Positions 25,196 through 33,594 of a stretch of DNA of 40,209 nt are shown piece by piece. Positions within the stretch are counted from its first letter, which is position 1. Each line of letters opens with the position of its first letter. The DNA comes from Kayfunavirus T147P5. Position numbers and translations under genes: made by a program. Under the pieces are notes generated by a model, which saw only the letters and a program-made list of their open reading frames with translations, was not told the DNA's origin and did no database searches. The DNA is taken from the sequence record OZ035809.1. The stretch is one strand, 5' to 3'.

Positions 25196-26245
25196 ATGGC
25201 AAACGTTCCGGGTCAGAAAGTTGGTACAGACCAAGGTAAGGGCAAATCTGGTTCCGACGCTCTGGCGTTGTTCCTGAAGGTCTTTGCTGGCGAAGTCCTG
25301 ACCGCATTCACTCGCCGCTCTGTAACTGCTGACAAGCATATTGTCCGTACCATTCAGAACGGTAAGTCTGCTCAGTTCCCGGTCATGGGTCGCACCTCTG
25401 GTGTGTATCTAGCTCCTGGTGAGCGACTGTCCGATAAGCGTAAAGGTATCAAACATACCGAGAAAGTGATTACCATTGATGGTCTGCTGACTGCCGATGT
25501 GATGATTTTCGACATTGAAGACGCGATGAACCACTATGACGTGGCTGGCGAGTACTCCAACCAGTTAGGTGAAGCTCTGGCTATCGCTGCCGATGGTGCG
25601 GTACTGGCTGAGATGGCCATTCTGTGTAACCTACCGGCTGCATCTGATGAAAACATCGCTGGTCTTGGCAAAGCGTCTGTGCTGGAAGTTGGTACTAAAA
25701 CCGACCTGAACACCCCTGCTAAACTGGGTGAAGCAATCATCGGTCAACTTACCATCGCTCGTGCGAAACTGACCTCCAACTACGTACCTGCTGGCGACCG
25801 TTACTTCTACACCACGCCTGACAACTACTCTGCGATTCTGGCTGCTTTGATGCCTAACGCTGCTAACTACGCTGCTCTGATTGACCCTGAGACGGGCAAC
25901 ATCCGTAACGTAATGGGCTTCGTTGTGGTTGAGGTTCCGCACCTGACTCAGGGTGGTGCTGGTGAGACTCGTGGTGACGATGGTATCACTATCGCTTCCG
26001 GTCAGAAGCACGCCTTCCCAGCTACTGCCACTGGTGATGTTAAAGTTGCTCTGGACAACGTTGTGGGTATGTTCTCTCACCGTTCTGCGGTGGGTACCGT
26101 TAAACTGCGTGACTTGGCGCTGGAACGTGACCGTGACGTCGATGCTCAGGGCGACCTGATTGTTGGTAAGTACGCTATGGGTCACGGTGGTCTGCGTCCT
26201 GAAGCAGCGGGCGCACTGGTTTTCACAGCAGCGTCAGCGGGTTAA
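25196..26245 (+). CDS. major capsid protein (T7 gp10A-like)
   Basis: 349 aa; GTDQGKG, LALFLKVF.GEVLTAF, DKRKGIKHTEKVITIDGLLTADV, NHYDV, ALMPNAANYAALIDPE, MGHGGLRPEAAGA nearly identical to T7 gp10A. Confidence 0.96.
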   Translation: MANVPGQKVGTDQGKGKSGSDALALFLKVFAGEVLTAFTRRSVTADKHIVRTIQNGKSAQFPVMGRTSGVYLAPGERLSDKRKGIKHTEKVITIDGLLTADVMIFDIEDAMNHYDVAGEYSNQLGEALAIAADGAVLAEMAILCNLPAASDENIAGLGKASVLEVGTKTDLNTPAKLGEAIIGQLTIARAKLTSNYVPAGDRYFYTTPDNYSAILAALMPNAANYAALIDPETGNIRNVMGFVVVEVPHLTQGGAGETRGDDGITIASGQKHAFPATATGDVKVALDNVVGMFSHRSAVGTVKLRDLALERDRDVDAQGDLIVGKYAMGHGGLRPEAAGALVFTAASAG

Positions 26246-26508
26246 CGACCTTTAAGGCCCTCTCTACCGAGGGTCCTACCTTAGAGACGTATAGTTCTAC
26301 GGTGGGAACCAGCTTGAAGGTTGACTTCCCGGAGCTTTCAGATGTGACCGACTGGTCGCTGCTTGATGTTACTACGCCTGATGGTGTTAGTTACTCCCGT
26401 AGAACCAACAGTCTCTACTTCAAGGCCACCTCTGGCGTGGAAGGTCTAGTGATTGTTGAGTATGACGGTTCGCCTGTGCGTTCCTTCAACGTATCTTTCA
26501 CAAACTAA
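25196..26508 (+). CDS. minor capsid protein 10B-like; product of putative programmed -1 frameshift near 26218-26224
   Basis: Heptamer G GTT TTC lies 7 codons before the gp10 stop; the -1 frame is open from 26224 to TAA 26506-26508 and contains ORF 26302-26508. Confidence 0.5.
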
Positions 26509-26512
26509 TTGA

Positions 26513-26550
26513 AACCCCTTGGGTGCCTTCGGGTGCTTGAGGGGTTTTTT
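26513..26550 (+). terminator. T-phi-like intrinsic terminator after the capsid gene
   Basis: AACCCCTTGGGTGCCTTCGGGTGCTTGAGGGGTTTTTT: long GC-rich stem with UUCG loop and U-tract; very similar to T7 T-phi as recalled. Confidence 0.85.
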
Positions 26551-26568
26551 GCTTAAGGAGTAAAACCT

Positions 26569-27135
26569 ATGGCTCAATACGTTCCACTGAATGCTAACGA
26601 TGACTTAGATGCCATCAACGATATGTTAGCAGCTATCGGTGAACCAGCAGTCCTACAACTTGACGAAGGCAACGCTGACGTCTCGAACGCTCAACGTATC
26701 CTGCATCGTGTCAATCGTCAGGTCCAAGCTAAAGGCTGGAACTTTAACATCAACGAAGCTGCTGTCCTGACGCCTGATGTCCAAGACAACAGGATTCGAT
26801 TCCTGCCGTCTTACCTTCGGGTCATGACTGCTGGGGCCACCAGCTACTACAGCAACATGGGTGGATACCTATACGACCTGTCAACTCAGTCAACCACTTT
26901 TACCGACCCTATAACGGTAGAGCTTGTTGAGATGAAACCGTTCTCTGAGATGCCTGTGGTATTCAGGGACTACATCGTTACCAAGGCCAGCCGTGAGTTC
27001 AACGCTAAGTTCTTCGGTAGCCCAGAGTCTGAACTGTACCTTCGTGAGCAGGAAGCAGAACTCTATCAGCAGGTCATGGAATACGAGATGGACACTGGTC
27101 GCTACAACATGATGTCCGACATCGGGAGGGACTAA
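26569..27135 (+). CDS. tail tubular protein A (T7 gp11-like)
   Basis: 188-aa ORF immediately after the T-phi-like terminator; RBS AAGGAG; size and position as T7 gp11. Confidence 0.88.
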   Translation: MAQYVPLNANDDLDAINDMLAAIGEPAVLQLDEGNADVSNAQRILHRVNRQVQAKGWNFNINEAAVLTPDVQDNRIRFLPSYLRVMTAGATSYYSNMGGYLYDLSTQSTTFTDPITVELVEMKPFSEMPVVFRDYIVTKASREFNAKFFGSPESELYLREQEAELYQQVMEYEMDTGRYNMMSDIGRD

Positions 27136-27362
27136 TGGCTAGTCACAACCTGAAGATTCACCGCCAGCACTTTGGGCCGGTACAACTAGGTCTAAAGACA
27201 GCAGAGCTGAGACTTAACGACCGGGACTTTAAGGTTGGCGACTGGCTTATCCTGAATGAGTGGGACAACGGGTATACTGGACAGCAGGTAGCACGTAAGG
27301 TTGTCCACATTGCTGACGTTGGTAACATCGCTGAGGGATACGTCCTAATGAGTATGATTTAA
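27135..27362 (+). CDS. hypothetical small protein inserted between tail tubular genes (possible ASCH/PUA-like fold)
   Basis: 75-aa ORF, ATG overlaps gp11 stop; no T7 counterpart; the fold suggestion is from general appearance only. Confidence 0.5.
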   Translation: MASHNLKIHRQHFGPVQLGLKTAELRLNDRDFKVGDWLILNEWDNGYTGQQVARKVVHIADVGNIAEGYVLMSMI

Positions 27363-27371
27363 GGAGGGCAT

Positions 27372-29729
27372 ATGCCGCTTATTACGCAAAGCATAAAAAA
27401 TCTTAAGGGTGGCATTAGCCAACAGCCTGACATCCTGAGGTTCTCAGACCAAGGCGAGGCTCAAGTTAACTGCTGGTCATCCGAGAGTGATGGCCTCCAG
27501 AAGCGTCCACCTACAGTCTTCAAGCGACGTCTTAACATCGACGTTGGGAGTAACCCTAAGTTCCACCTGATTAACCGTGACGAGCATGAGCAGTATTACA
27601 TCGTGTTCAATGGGTCCAACATTCAGGTAGTTGACTTGAGTGGTAATCAATACTCAGTTTCAGGTGCGGTAGATTACGTTAAGTCGTCCAACCCGCGAGA
27701 TGACATCCGTGTCGTTACCGTTGCAGACTATACGTTCATCGTGAACCGTAAGGTCGTCGTTAAAGGTGGAAGCGAGAAGTCACACTCTGGTTATAATCGT
27801 AAAGCTCGTGCTTTAATCAACCTGCGTGGTGGACAGTATGGTCGCACCCTTAAGGTAGGAATCAACGGAGGCGTTAAGGTTTCGCATAAGCTGCCAGCAG
27901 GTAATGATGCCGAGAATGACCCACCTAAGGTGGATGCTCAGGCCATCGGTGCAGCTCTGAGAGACCTTCTTGTTGCTGCTTACCCTACCTTCACGTTCGA
28001 CCTTGGGTCTGGATTCCTGTTAATCACTGCCCCTTCAGGGACTGACATTAACTCAGTGGAGACGGAGGATGGCTACGCTAACCAGCTAATCAGCCCAGTC
28101 CTAGACACGGTGCAAACAATCTCTAAGTTGCCTCTTGCGGCTCCAAATGGGTACATCATTAAGATTCAAGGTGAGACCAACAGTAGCGCCGATGAATATT
28201 ACGTGATGTATGACTCCAATACTAAGACGTGGAAGGAGACAGTAGAGCCGGGAGTGGTCACTGGGTTCGATAGCACCACAATGCCACATGCTCTGGTGAG
28301 ACAATCTGACGGATCCTTTGAGTTCAAGACTCTGGACTGGTCTAAGCGAGGTGCTGGTAATGATGACACAAACCCTATGCCTAGCTTCGTGGATGCTACG
28401 ATTAACGATGTGTTCTTCTACAGGAACAGGCTAGGGTTCTTGTCAGGAGAGAACGTAATCATGAGCCGTTCAGCCAGCTACTTTGCGTTCTTCCCTAAGA
28501 GTGCTGCGACACTGAGTGATGATGATCCTATTGACGTAGCTGTAAGTCACCCTCGAATCTCAATCCTTAAGTATGCCGTTCCGTTTAGCGAGCAGCTACT
28601 ACTTTGGTCGGATGAGGTTCAGTTCGTGATGACAAGCTCTGGGGTACTTACCTCGAAGTCTATCCAGCTTGATGTAGGCTCAGAGTTTGCCTTAGGCGAT
28701 AATGCCAGACCGTTCGCTGTAGGACGCTCAGTCTTCTTCTCAGCGCCTCGTGGGTCATTCACCAGTATTAAGCGATACTTCGCTGTAGCAGATGTGTCTG
28801 ACGTGAAGGATGCTGATGATACCACTGGCCACGTGCTGTCCTATATCCCTAACGGGGTGTTTGACATTCAAGGTACAGGGACTGAGAACTACATCTGCGT
28901 CAACTCTACAGGTGCATACAACCGAATCTACATCTACAAGTTCTTGTTTAAGGACGGCGTACAGCTCCAAGCATCTTGGTCGCACTGGGAGTTCCCTAAA
29001 GCTGATAAGATTCTGGCGTCTGCGTCGATTGGCTCAACCATGTTCATTGTTCGACAGCATCAAGGCGGCGTGGACCTTGAGCATCTTAAGTTCATCAAGG
29101 AGGCAACTGACTTACCATTAGAGCCGTATAGACTCCACGTTGACTCCAAGGTGTCTATGGTAATACCAATTGGCTCATACAACGCTGACACCTATAAGAC
29201 TACGGTTGACATTGGTTCTGCTTATGGTGGAAACGCACCGTCTCCCGGTCGGTACTATCTTATTGATAGTCAGGGTGCCTACGTGGACATTGGTGAATTG
29301 ACCGACATCTCAACTGTGGCTATACTCAATGGCGATTGGTCAGGACGTACAGTGTTCATCGGGCGGCCTTATCTGATGTCCTACAAGTTCTCACGGTTCC
29401 TGATTAAGATTGAAGACGAGAGTGGCACTCAGTCTGAAGACACTGGTCGTCTACAGCTTCGTCGGGCTTGGGTCAACTACAAAGACACTGGCGCTCTGAG
29501 ACTCATTGTCAGAAACGGTGAGCTGGAGTTCGTGAATACCTTCAACGGGTACACCATTGGTCAGCAAACCATCGGGACTACCAACATTGGGGATGGACAG
29601 TATCGCTTCGCTATGAATGGTAACGCATTAACCACGAGTCTAACCTTAGAGTCAGATTATCCTACCCCAGTGTCCATCGTTGGCTGTGGCTGGGAGGCGT
29701 CATACGCTAAGAAAGCTCGTTCCGTCTAA
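27372..29729 (+). CDS. tail tubular protein B (T7 gp12-like)
   Basis: 785-aa ORF; RBS AAGGAGG; size and position as T7 gp12. Confidence 0.9.
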   Translation: MPLITQSIKNLKGGISQQPDILRFSDQGEAQVNCWSSESDGLQKRPPTVFKRRLNIDVGSNPKFHLINRDEHEQYYIVFNGSNIQVVDLSGNQYSVSGAVDYVKSSNPRDDIRVVTVADYTFIVNRKVVVKGGSEKSHSGYNRKARALINLRGGQYGRTLKVGINGGVKVSHKLPAGNDAENDPPKVDAQAIGAALRDLLVAAYPTFTFDLGSGFLLITAPSGTDINSVETEDGYANQLISPVLDTVQTISKLPLAAPNGYIIKIQGETNSSADEYYVMYDSNTKTWKETVEPGVVTGFDSTTMPHALVRQSDGSFEFKTLDWSKRGAGNDDTNPMPSFVDATINDVFFYRNRLGFLSGENVIMSRSASYFAFFPKSAATLSDDDPIDVAVSHPRISILKYAVPFSEQLLLWSDEVQFVMTSSGVLTSKSIQLDVGSEFALGDNARPFAVGRSVFFSAPRGSFTSIKRYFAVADVSDVKDADDTTGHVLSYIPNGVFDIQGTGTENYICVNSTGAYNRIYIYKFLFKDGVQLQASWSHWEFPKADKILASASIGSTMFIVRQHQGGVDLEHLKFIKEATDLPLEPYRLHVDSKVSMVIPIGSYNADTYKTTVDIGSAYGGNAPSPGRYYLIDSQGAYVDIGELTDISTVAILNGDWSGRTVFIGRPYLMSYKFSRFLIKIEDESGTQSEDTGRLQLRRAWVNYKDTGALRLIVRNGELEFVNTFNGYTIGQQTIGTTNIGDGQYRFAMNGNALTTSLTLESDYPTPVSIVGCGWEASYAKKARSV

Positions 29730-29736
29730 CTTATTG

Positions 29737-29786
29737 AAGGGCCTATAGATTTACCTTAACTATCACTATAGGGACTATAGGCCCTT
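29737..29786 (+). promoter_or_regulatory. 12-bp perfect inverted repeat (RNA hairpin, R13-like) enclosing the phi13 promoter
   Basis: AAGGGCCTATAG (29737-29748) and CTATAGGCCCTT (29775-29786) are exact reverse complements; the promoter lies in the loop. Confidence 0.5.
29754..29776 (+). promoter_or_regulatory. phage RNAP promoter (phi13-like)
   Basis: CCTTAACTATCACTATAGGGACT; +1 about 29771. Confidence 0.8.
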
Positions 29787-29805
29787 AAGGTTATAAGGAG
29801 ACTTT

Positions 29806-30276
29806 ATGTATATTCGCAAGGCTACGGAACCAGATGTCCACTACTTTCTGTGGCATCTTTCAGCAGATGATGTTAATGAATGCAAAGCAAACTACGGGTC
29901 AACCGTGGGTCTCTCTGAGAGACTGCTTAAGCACCTATCTCCATCATCTGTGGTTTTAACGAACGGTGTAGGTGAAGTGTTTGCCTATGGTGGAAACCAA
30001 GGGGATAACGTATGGTTCTTGACTTCTGGTCTGGTCTACAAGCTGGGGACTAAAGAGAAGCGAGAGTTCATAAAGTGTATCTCTGAGTACAGGGACTTAA
30101 TGTTAGACCAATACGGGACCATCTGGAACTACGTGTGGTCAGGCAATAAGTCTCACATTAAATTCTTGAAGTTGCTTGGCGCTAAATTCCATGATGATTG
30201 GACTGTAAGCCCGGTAACTGGTGAGAGTTTTCAACTATTCACTATCTCTAAGGAGGACGTATGTGCGAGCCAGTAA
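29806..30276 (+). CDS. internal virion protein A (T7 gp13-like, by position)
   Basis: 156-aa ORF with RBS AAGGAG between gp12 and gp14 homologs. Confidence 0.65.
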   Translation: MYIRKATEPDVHYFLWHLSADDVNECKANYGSTVGLSERLLKHLSPSSVVLTNGVGEVFAYGGNQGDNVWFLTSGLVYKLGTKEKREFIKCISEYRDLMLDQYGTIWNYVWSGNKSHIKFLKLLGAKFHDDWTVSPVTGESFQLFTISKEDVCASQ

Positions 30277-30848
30277 GTATCGGCATGGGTATTATGGCTG
30301 TAGCTGGTGCCGCTATGTCCGCTTCTAGTCAGGCCAAAGCTGAGGGTGCTGCTATCGACGCTCAGAACCGTCAGGCTCAGGAGATGGTTAAGCAGATGAA
30401 CTACTCTGACGCCAACCTGAAGATGCAGGAGCGAGACCTGAAGGAGCAGCAGATGGCTGAACTGACAGAGACCACGTTAAACGGTATCCGCAATCAGGGT
30501 ATGGTCCGAGCTGCGGTAGCTGAGTCAGGTCTGGAAGGTAACTCTATGGACAGGATTGAACGTCAAGTCGCGGGAGACACAGTCAAGGAGAGAGCCGGGA
30601 TTACCGAAAGCTACAACCGTGACTATGCGGCTATCTTCGGGAACCGTATCGCCAACATTGAGAACACCAAGTCTGCTATCCGTGGTCAAGGTAAAATCAT
30701 CAAGACCAGCCCACTAGCTCATGCACTTAATGTTGCTAACGCCGGGATGCAGGGGTACGCTGCTGGTAAGTCAATATCTGGGGCATCAAGCTCTGGTGGT
30801 TCTGCACCGATTAGTGCTGCTAAAGGCACACCTACAGGTCATAGCTAA
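30261..30848 (+). CDS. internal virion protein B (T7 gp14-like)
   Basis: 195 aa; N-terminus MCEPVSIGMGIMAVAG, NYSDANLKMQERDLKE, LEGNSMDRIER, YNRDYAAIFG resemble T7 gp14. Confidence 0.8.
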   Translation: MCEPVSIGMGIMAVAGAAMSASSQAKAEGAAIDAQNRQAQEMVKQMNYSDANLKMQERDLKEQQMAELTETTLNGIRNQGMVRAAVAESGLEGNSMDRIERQVAGDTVKERAGITESYNRDYAAIFGNRIANIENTKSAIRGQGKIIKTSPLAHALNVANAGMQGYAAGKSISGASSSGGSAPISAAKGTPTGHS

Positions 30849-30859
30849 GAGGAGGACTA

Positions 30860-33142
30860 ATGGCTAGTAATATTGAATCAGCTCTGGCTAATCGGACTAT
30901 GGGTCGTGGCAGAGCGCCGGGTAAAACTATAGCCGTCAACTATCAAGCAGCCAGCGTTCAGGCTCCAACTGGTGACTCCGGTCTGGCTCGTGCGTTAACC
31001 AACTTCGTTGAGTCTGGAACTGGATTGTACAAGCAGTTCAAAGATGATGAGAAGACACGGGCTGACGAGCGGTCTAACGAGATTATCCGTAAGCTGACTC
31101 CTCAGCAGAGACGAGAGGCTATCCAGAACGGGACACTGCTGTATCAGGACGACCCGTATGCTATGGAAGCACTTCGAGTCAAGACTGGTCGTAATGCTGC
31201 CTTTGCTGTAGACGACGAGATTAACGTTAAGATTCAGAACGGTGAGTTCCGTACACGTCAGGACATGGAAGAGTATCGCCACCAGCGACTTCAGGACGCC
31301 GCTAAGTCCTATGCTGAAGAGGCGGGTATTAACCCTACAGACGAGTTCTTCCAGCGAGGGTTCAACGATAGCATCACAGACCGCAACATCGCTATCTATG
31401 GGTCCTTCAATAAGTATTTCAGTAAGCAGTCTGAAGAGACAGCAATGTTGAATACTCGTATTGAGATGAACTCATTCCTGAACGATGGCGACCTGATGCG
31501 TTCACCTGAGTCTGGCAAGACCTTCATGGCCTACCTTCGTGATGGACTAACTACTGCTGCTATCCCTTCGGACCAGCGAGCACGGGAGGTAATTACCCAG
31601 ACGGTCCGTGACGCAATCCAGAAGTCAGGCGGCTCCAACTTCCTACAGCAAGTACGAGGCGAGCGAATCACCCTTAACGGTGTGGATGCTACAGTCGAAG
31701 AGATTGTAGGACCTGATGTCTTCAACGCTGCTATTGTTGAGGCGCAAGGAACTGAGTACAAGCTGGTGGCTAAGTATCAGGAGGACTTAGCGTTAGGCGT
31801 TCAGTCTGCGATTCTTCAGGACGACCCAACCATCGGTCTGGACCAGATTCAGAAACTCAAGGAGCAGAACAACCTGCTTCAACCGGGTGAAGAACTCACG
31901 CCTCAGCGTCAGATGCTTATTAATGCCGAAGCCAGCTTGCTTGAAGCGGTAAAGCGTAAGTCTGCTGAACAGGCGAAGGAGAACACTAAGTTAATCCAGA
32001 CTCAGAACAAGCAACTGGTCATTGACCAAGTGTATCAGCGACGTCTGGCTGGGGACAACGTGTCCACCAACTATGAGGACCTTCCAGTCTCAGATGCTAC
32101 AGGCGAGTTCAAGCGTTCTGACATGAACAACTATGCGTCTGCCAAGCTACAGCAGATTGACCAGATGGACATACCTGAGGCTGCTAAAGACGCTCAGAAG
32201 GTGGCATTGTTAAGAGCTGACACTAACAACGGTCCGTTCCGTAATGCCTTCCAGACTCTAACTCAGGACGCTGCTGGCGAGTGGCAAGCTGCGGTCATCC
32301 GTGGGCAGTACGACCCAGACAAGATGCAACGCTTCGAGTCTCTTCGTCGTGCCTACACTCAGGACCCTTCAAGTTTTGCAGCTCTGTATCCTGACCAAGC
32401 TCAGTTGTTCTCTACGTTCGACCAGATGGACAAGATGGGTCTGGACCCTCAGACGATGATTGAAGCTGATAAGCAAGCTGCAAGTCAAAGCCGTGAGATG
32501 CGCATGGAGTCAGACAAGGCGTGGCAGGAGTTGAAGAACGACTCTCGGAATAAGGACCTTTCGCGTCTTCCTACGTCTCTGGACTCAAGTGCTCGTAAGG
32601 TCTGGGACTCATGGTACTATCGTACAGGTAACGCTGACGCTGCAACTCAGCAGACTCAACGCTGGCTGAATGAGAACACCGTAACGTTCCAGTCTGAGGG
32701 TTCTGACGGTAAGTCCATCGGCATGGTGTCGAAGCACCAGCTTATGGTCGGGGATAACCCAGAGTCTTGGCAGGTGGGTCGAGATATTATAGACACCGCT
32801 CGTCAGCAGCTCATTAAGGCTAACCCTTGGGTAGTGAACTCTCAGTTGTCCGTTGTTGAACAGAACGGCTCTATCTTCCTCCAAGACGCTACAGGGACTA
32901 TTCGTATTCGCTACGATAAAGAACTTGTAGGTAAACTCTACCGCGAACAACAGCAGAAGGCACAAGATGCCGCATACGATCAGGCAGAACGTGACGCTAA
33001 CAAGCGAGCGCGTATCGTCGGGACTAAAGCTGCTGGTGACAAACGTCGAGCTGACCGAGAGGCCAACATCGAGAAGCGCGGTGGGATGTACAATGACGTC
33101 TCACTGGAGGGTATCGCAAACGCACTAATCGGTAAGGAGTAA
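30860..33142 (+). CDS. internal virion protein C (T7 gp15-like)
   Basis: 760-aa ORF with RBS GAGGAGG; size and position as T7 gp15. Confidence 0.8.
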   Translation: MASNIESALANRTMGRGRAPGKTIAVNYQAASVQAPTGDSGLARALTNFVESGTGLYKQFKDDEKTRADERSNEIIRKLTPQQRREAIQNGTLLYQDDPYAMEALRVKTGRNAAFAVDDEINVKIQNGEFRTRQDMEEYRHQRLQDAAKSYAEEAGINPTDEFFQRGFNDSITDRNIAIYGSFNKYFSKQSEETAMLNTRIEMNSFLNDGDLMRSPESGKTFMAYLRDGLTTAAIPSDQRAREVITQTVRDAIQKSGGSNFLQQVRGERITLNGVDATVEEIVGPDVFNAAIVEAQGTEYKLVAKYQEDLALGVQSAILQDDPTIGLDQIQKLKEQNNLLQPGEELTPQRQMLINAEASLLEAVKRKSAEQAKENTKLIQTQNKQLVIDQVYQRRLAGDNVSTNYEDLPVSDATGEFKRSDMNNYASAKLQQIDQMDIPEAAKDAQKVALLRADTNNGPFRNAFQTLTQDAAGEWQAAVIRGQYDPDKMQRFESLRRAYTQDPSSFAALYPDQAQLFSTFDQMDKMGLDPQTMIEADKQAASQSREMRMESDKAWQELKNDSRNKDLSRLPTSLDSSARKVWDSWYYRTGNADAATQQTQRWLNENTVTFQSEGSDGKSIGMVSKHQLMVGDNPESWQVGRDIIDTARQQLIKANPWVVNSQLSVVEQNGSIFLQDATGTIRIRYDKELVGKLYREQQQKAQDAAYDQAERDANKRARIVGTKAAGDKRRADREANIEKRGGMYNDVSLEGIANALIGKE

Positions 33143-33144
33143 AC

Positions 33145-33594
33145 ATGAAGAACGGGACAGCCAGTGAGAGACTGGCAGAACTGTCAGTAACGGAAGAGTC
33201 TGGCTGTATCCGATTCACAGGCCACTTAGACGGAGAAGGATACGGAAGGATAATGGTGGCTAGGGTTAAGTATATGGCACATCGTCTCTCCTACTCCCTA
33301 AATAAGGGGCCAATACCAGATGGCTATGTTGTTAGGCATAAATGTGATAATCCATCATGCATAAATCCTGAACACCTTGAAGTAGGAACTCAGGCTGACA
33401 ACATTGCAGATAAGGTTTCCAGAGGCCGACAGGCAAGAGGGAGTGGAGCAGGAAGAGCTATACTGACAGAGGAATCTGTTAGGGAAATACGCTCCAGTCC
33501 ATTAAAAGTATCTGAGCTTTCCACCTTATACGGGGTAAGCGTCGTTTCCATACGAAATATATTGAGGAGAAAGACATGGCAACACGTGGTGTAA
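33145..33594 (+). CDS. HNH homing endonuclease with C-terminal helix-turn-helix, inserted between gp15 and gp16
   Basis: YVVRHKCDNPSCINPEHLEVGTQADNIADKVSRGRQARG; paralog of 16499 and 22094; overlaps gp16 start by 19 nt. Confidence 0.85.
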   Translation: MKNGTASERLAELSVTEESGCIRFTGHLDGEGYGRIMVARVKYMAHRLSYSLNKGPIPDGYVVRHKCDNPSCINPEHLEVGTQADNIADKVSRGRQARGSGAGRAILTEESVREIRSSPLKVSELSTLYGVSVVSIRNILRRKTWQHVV

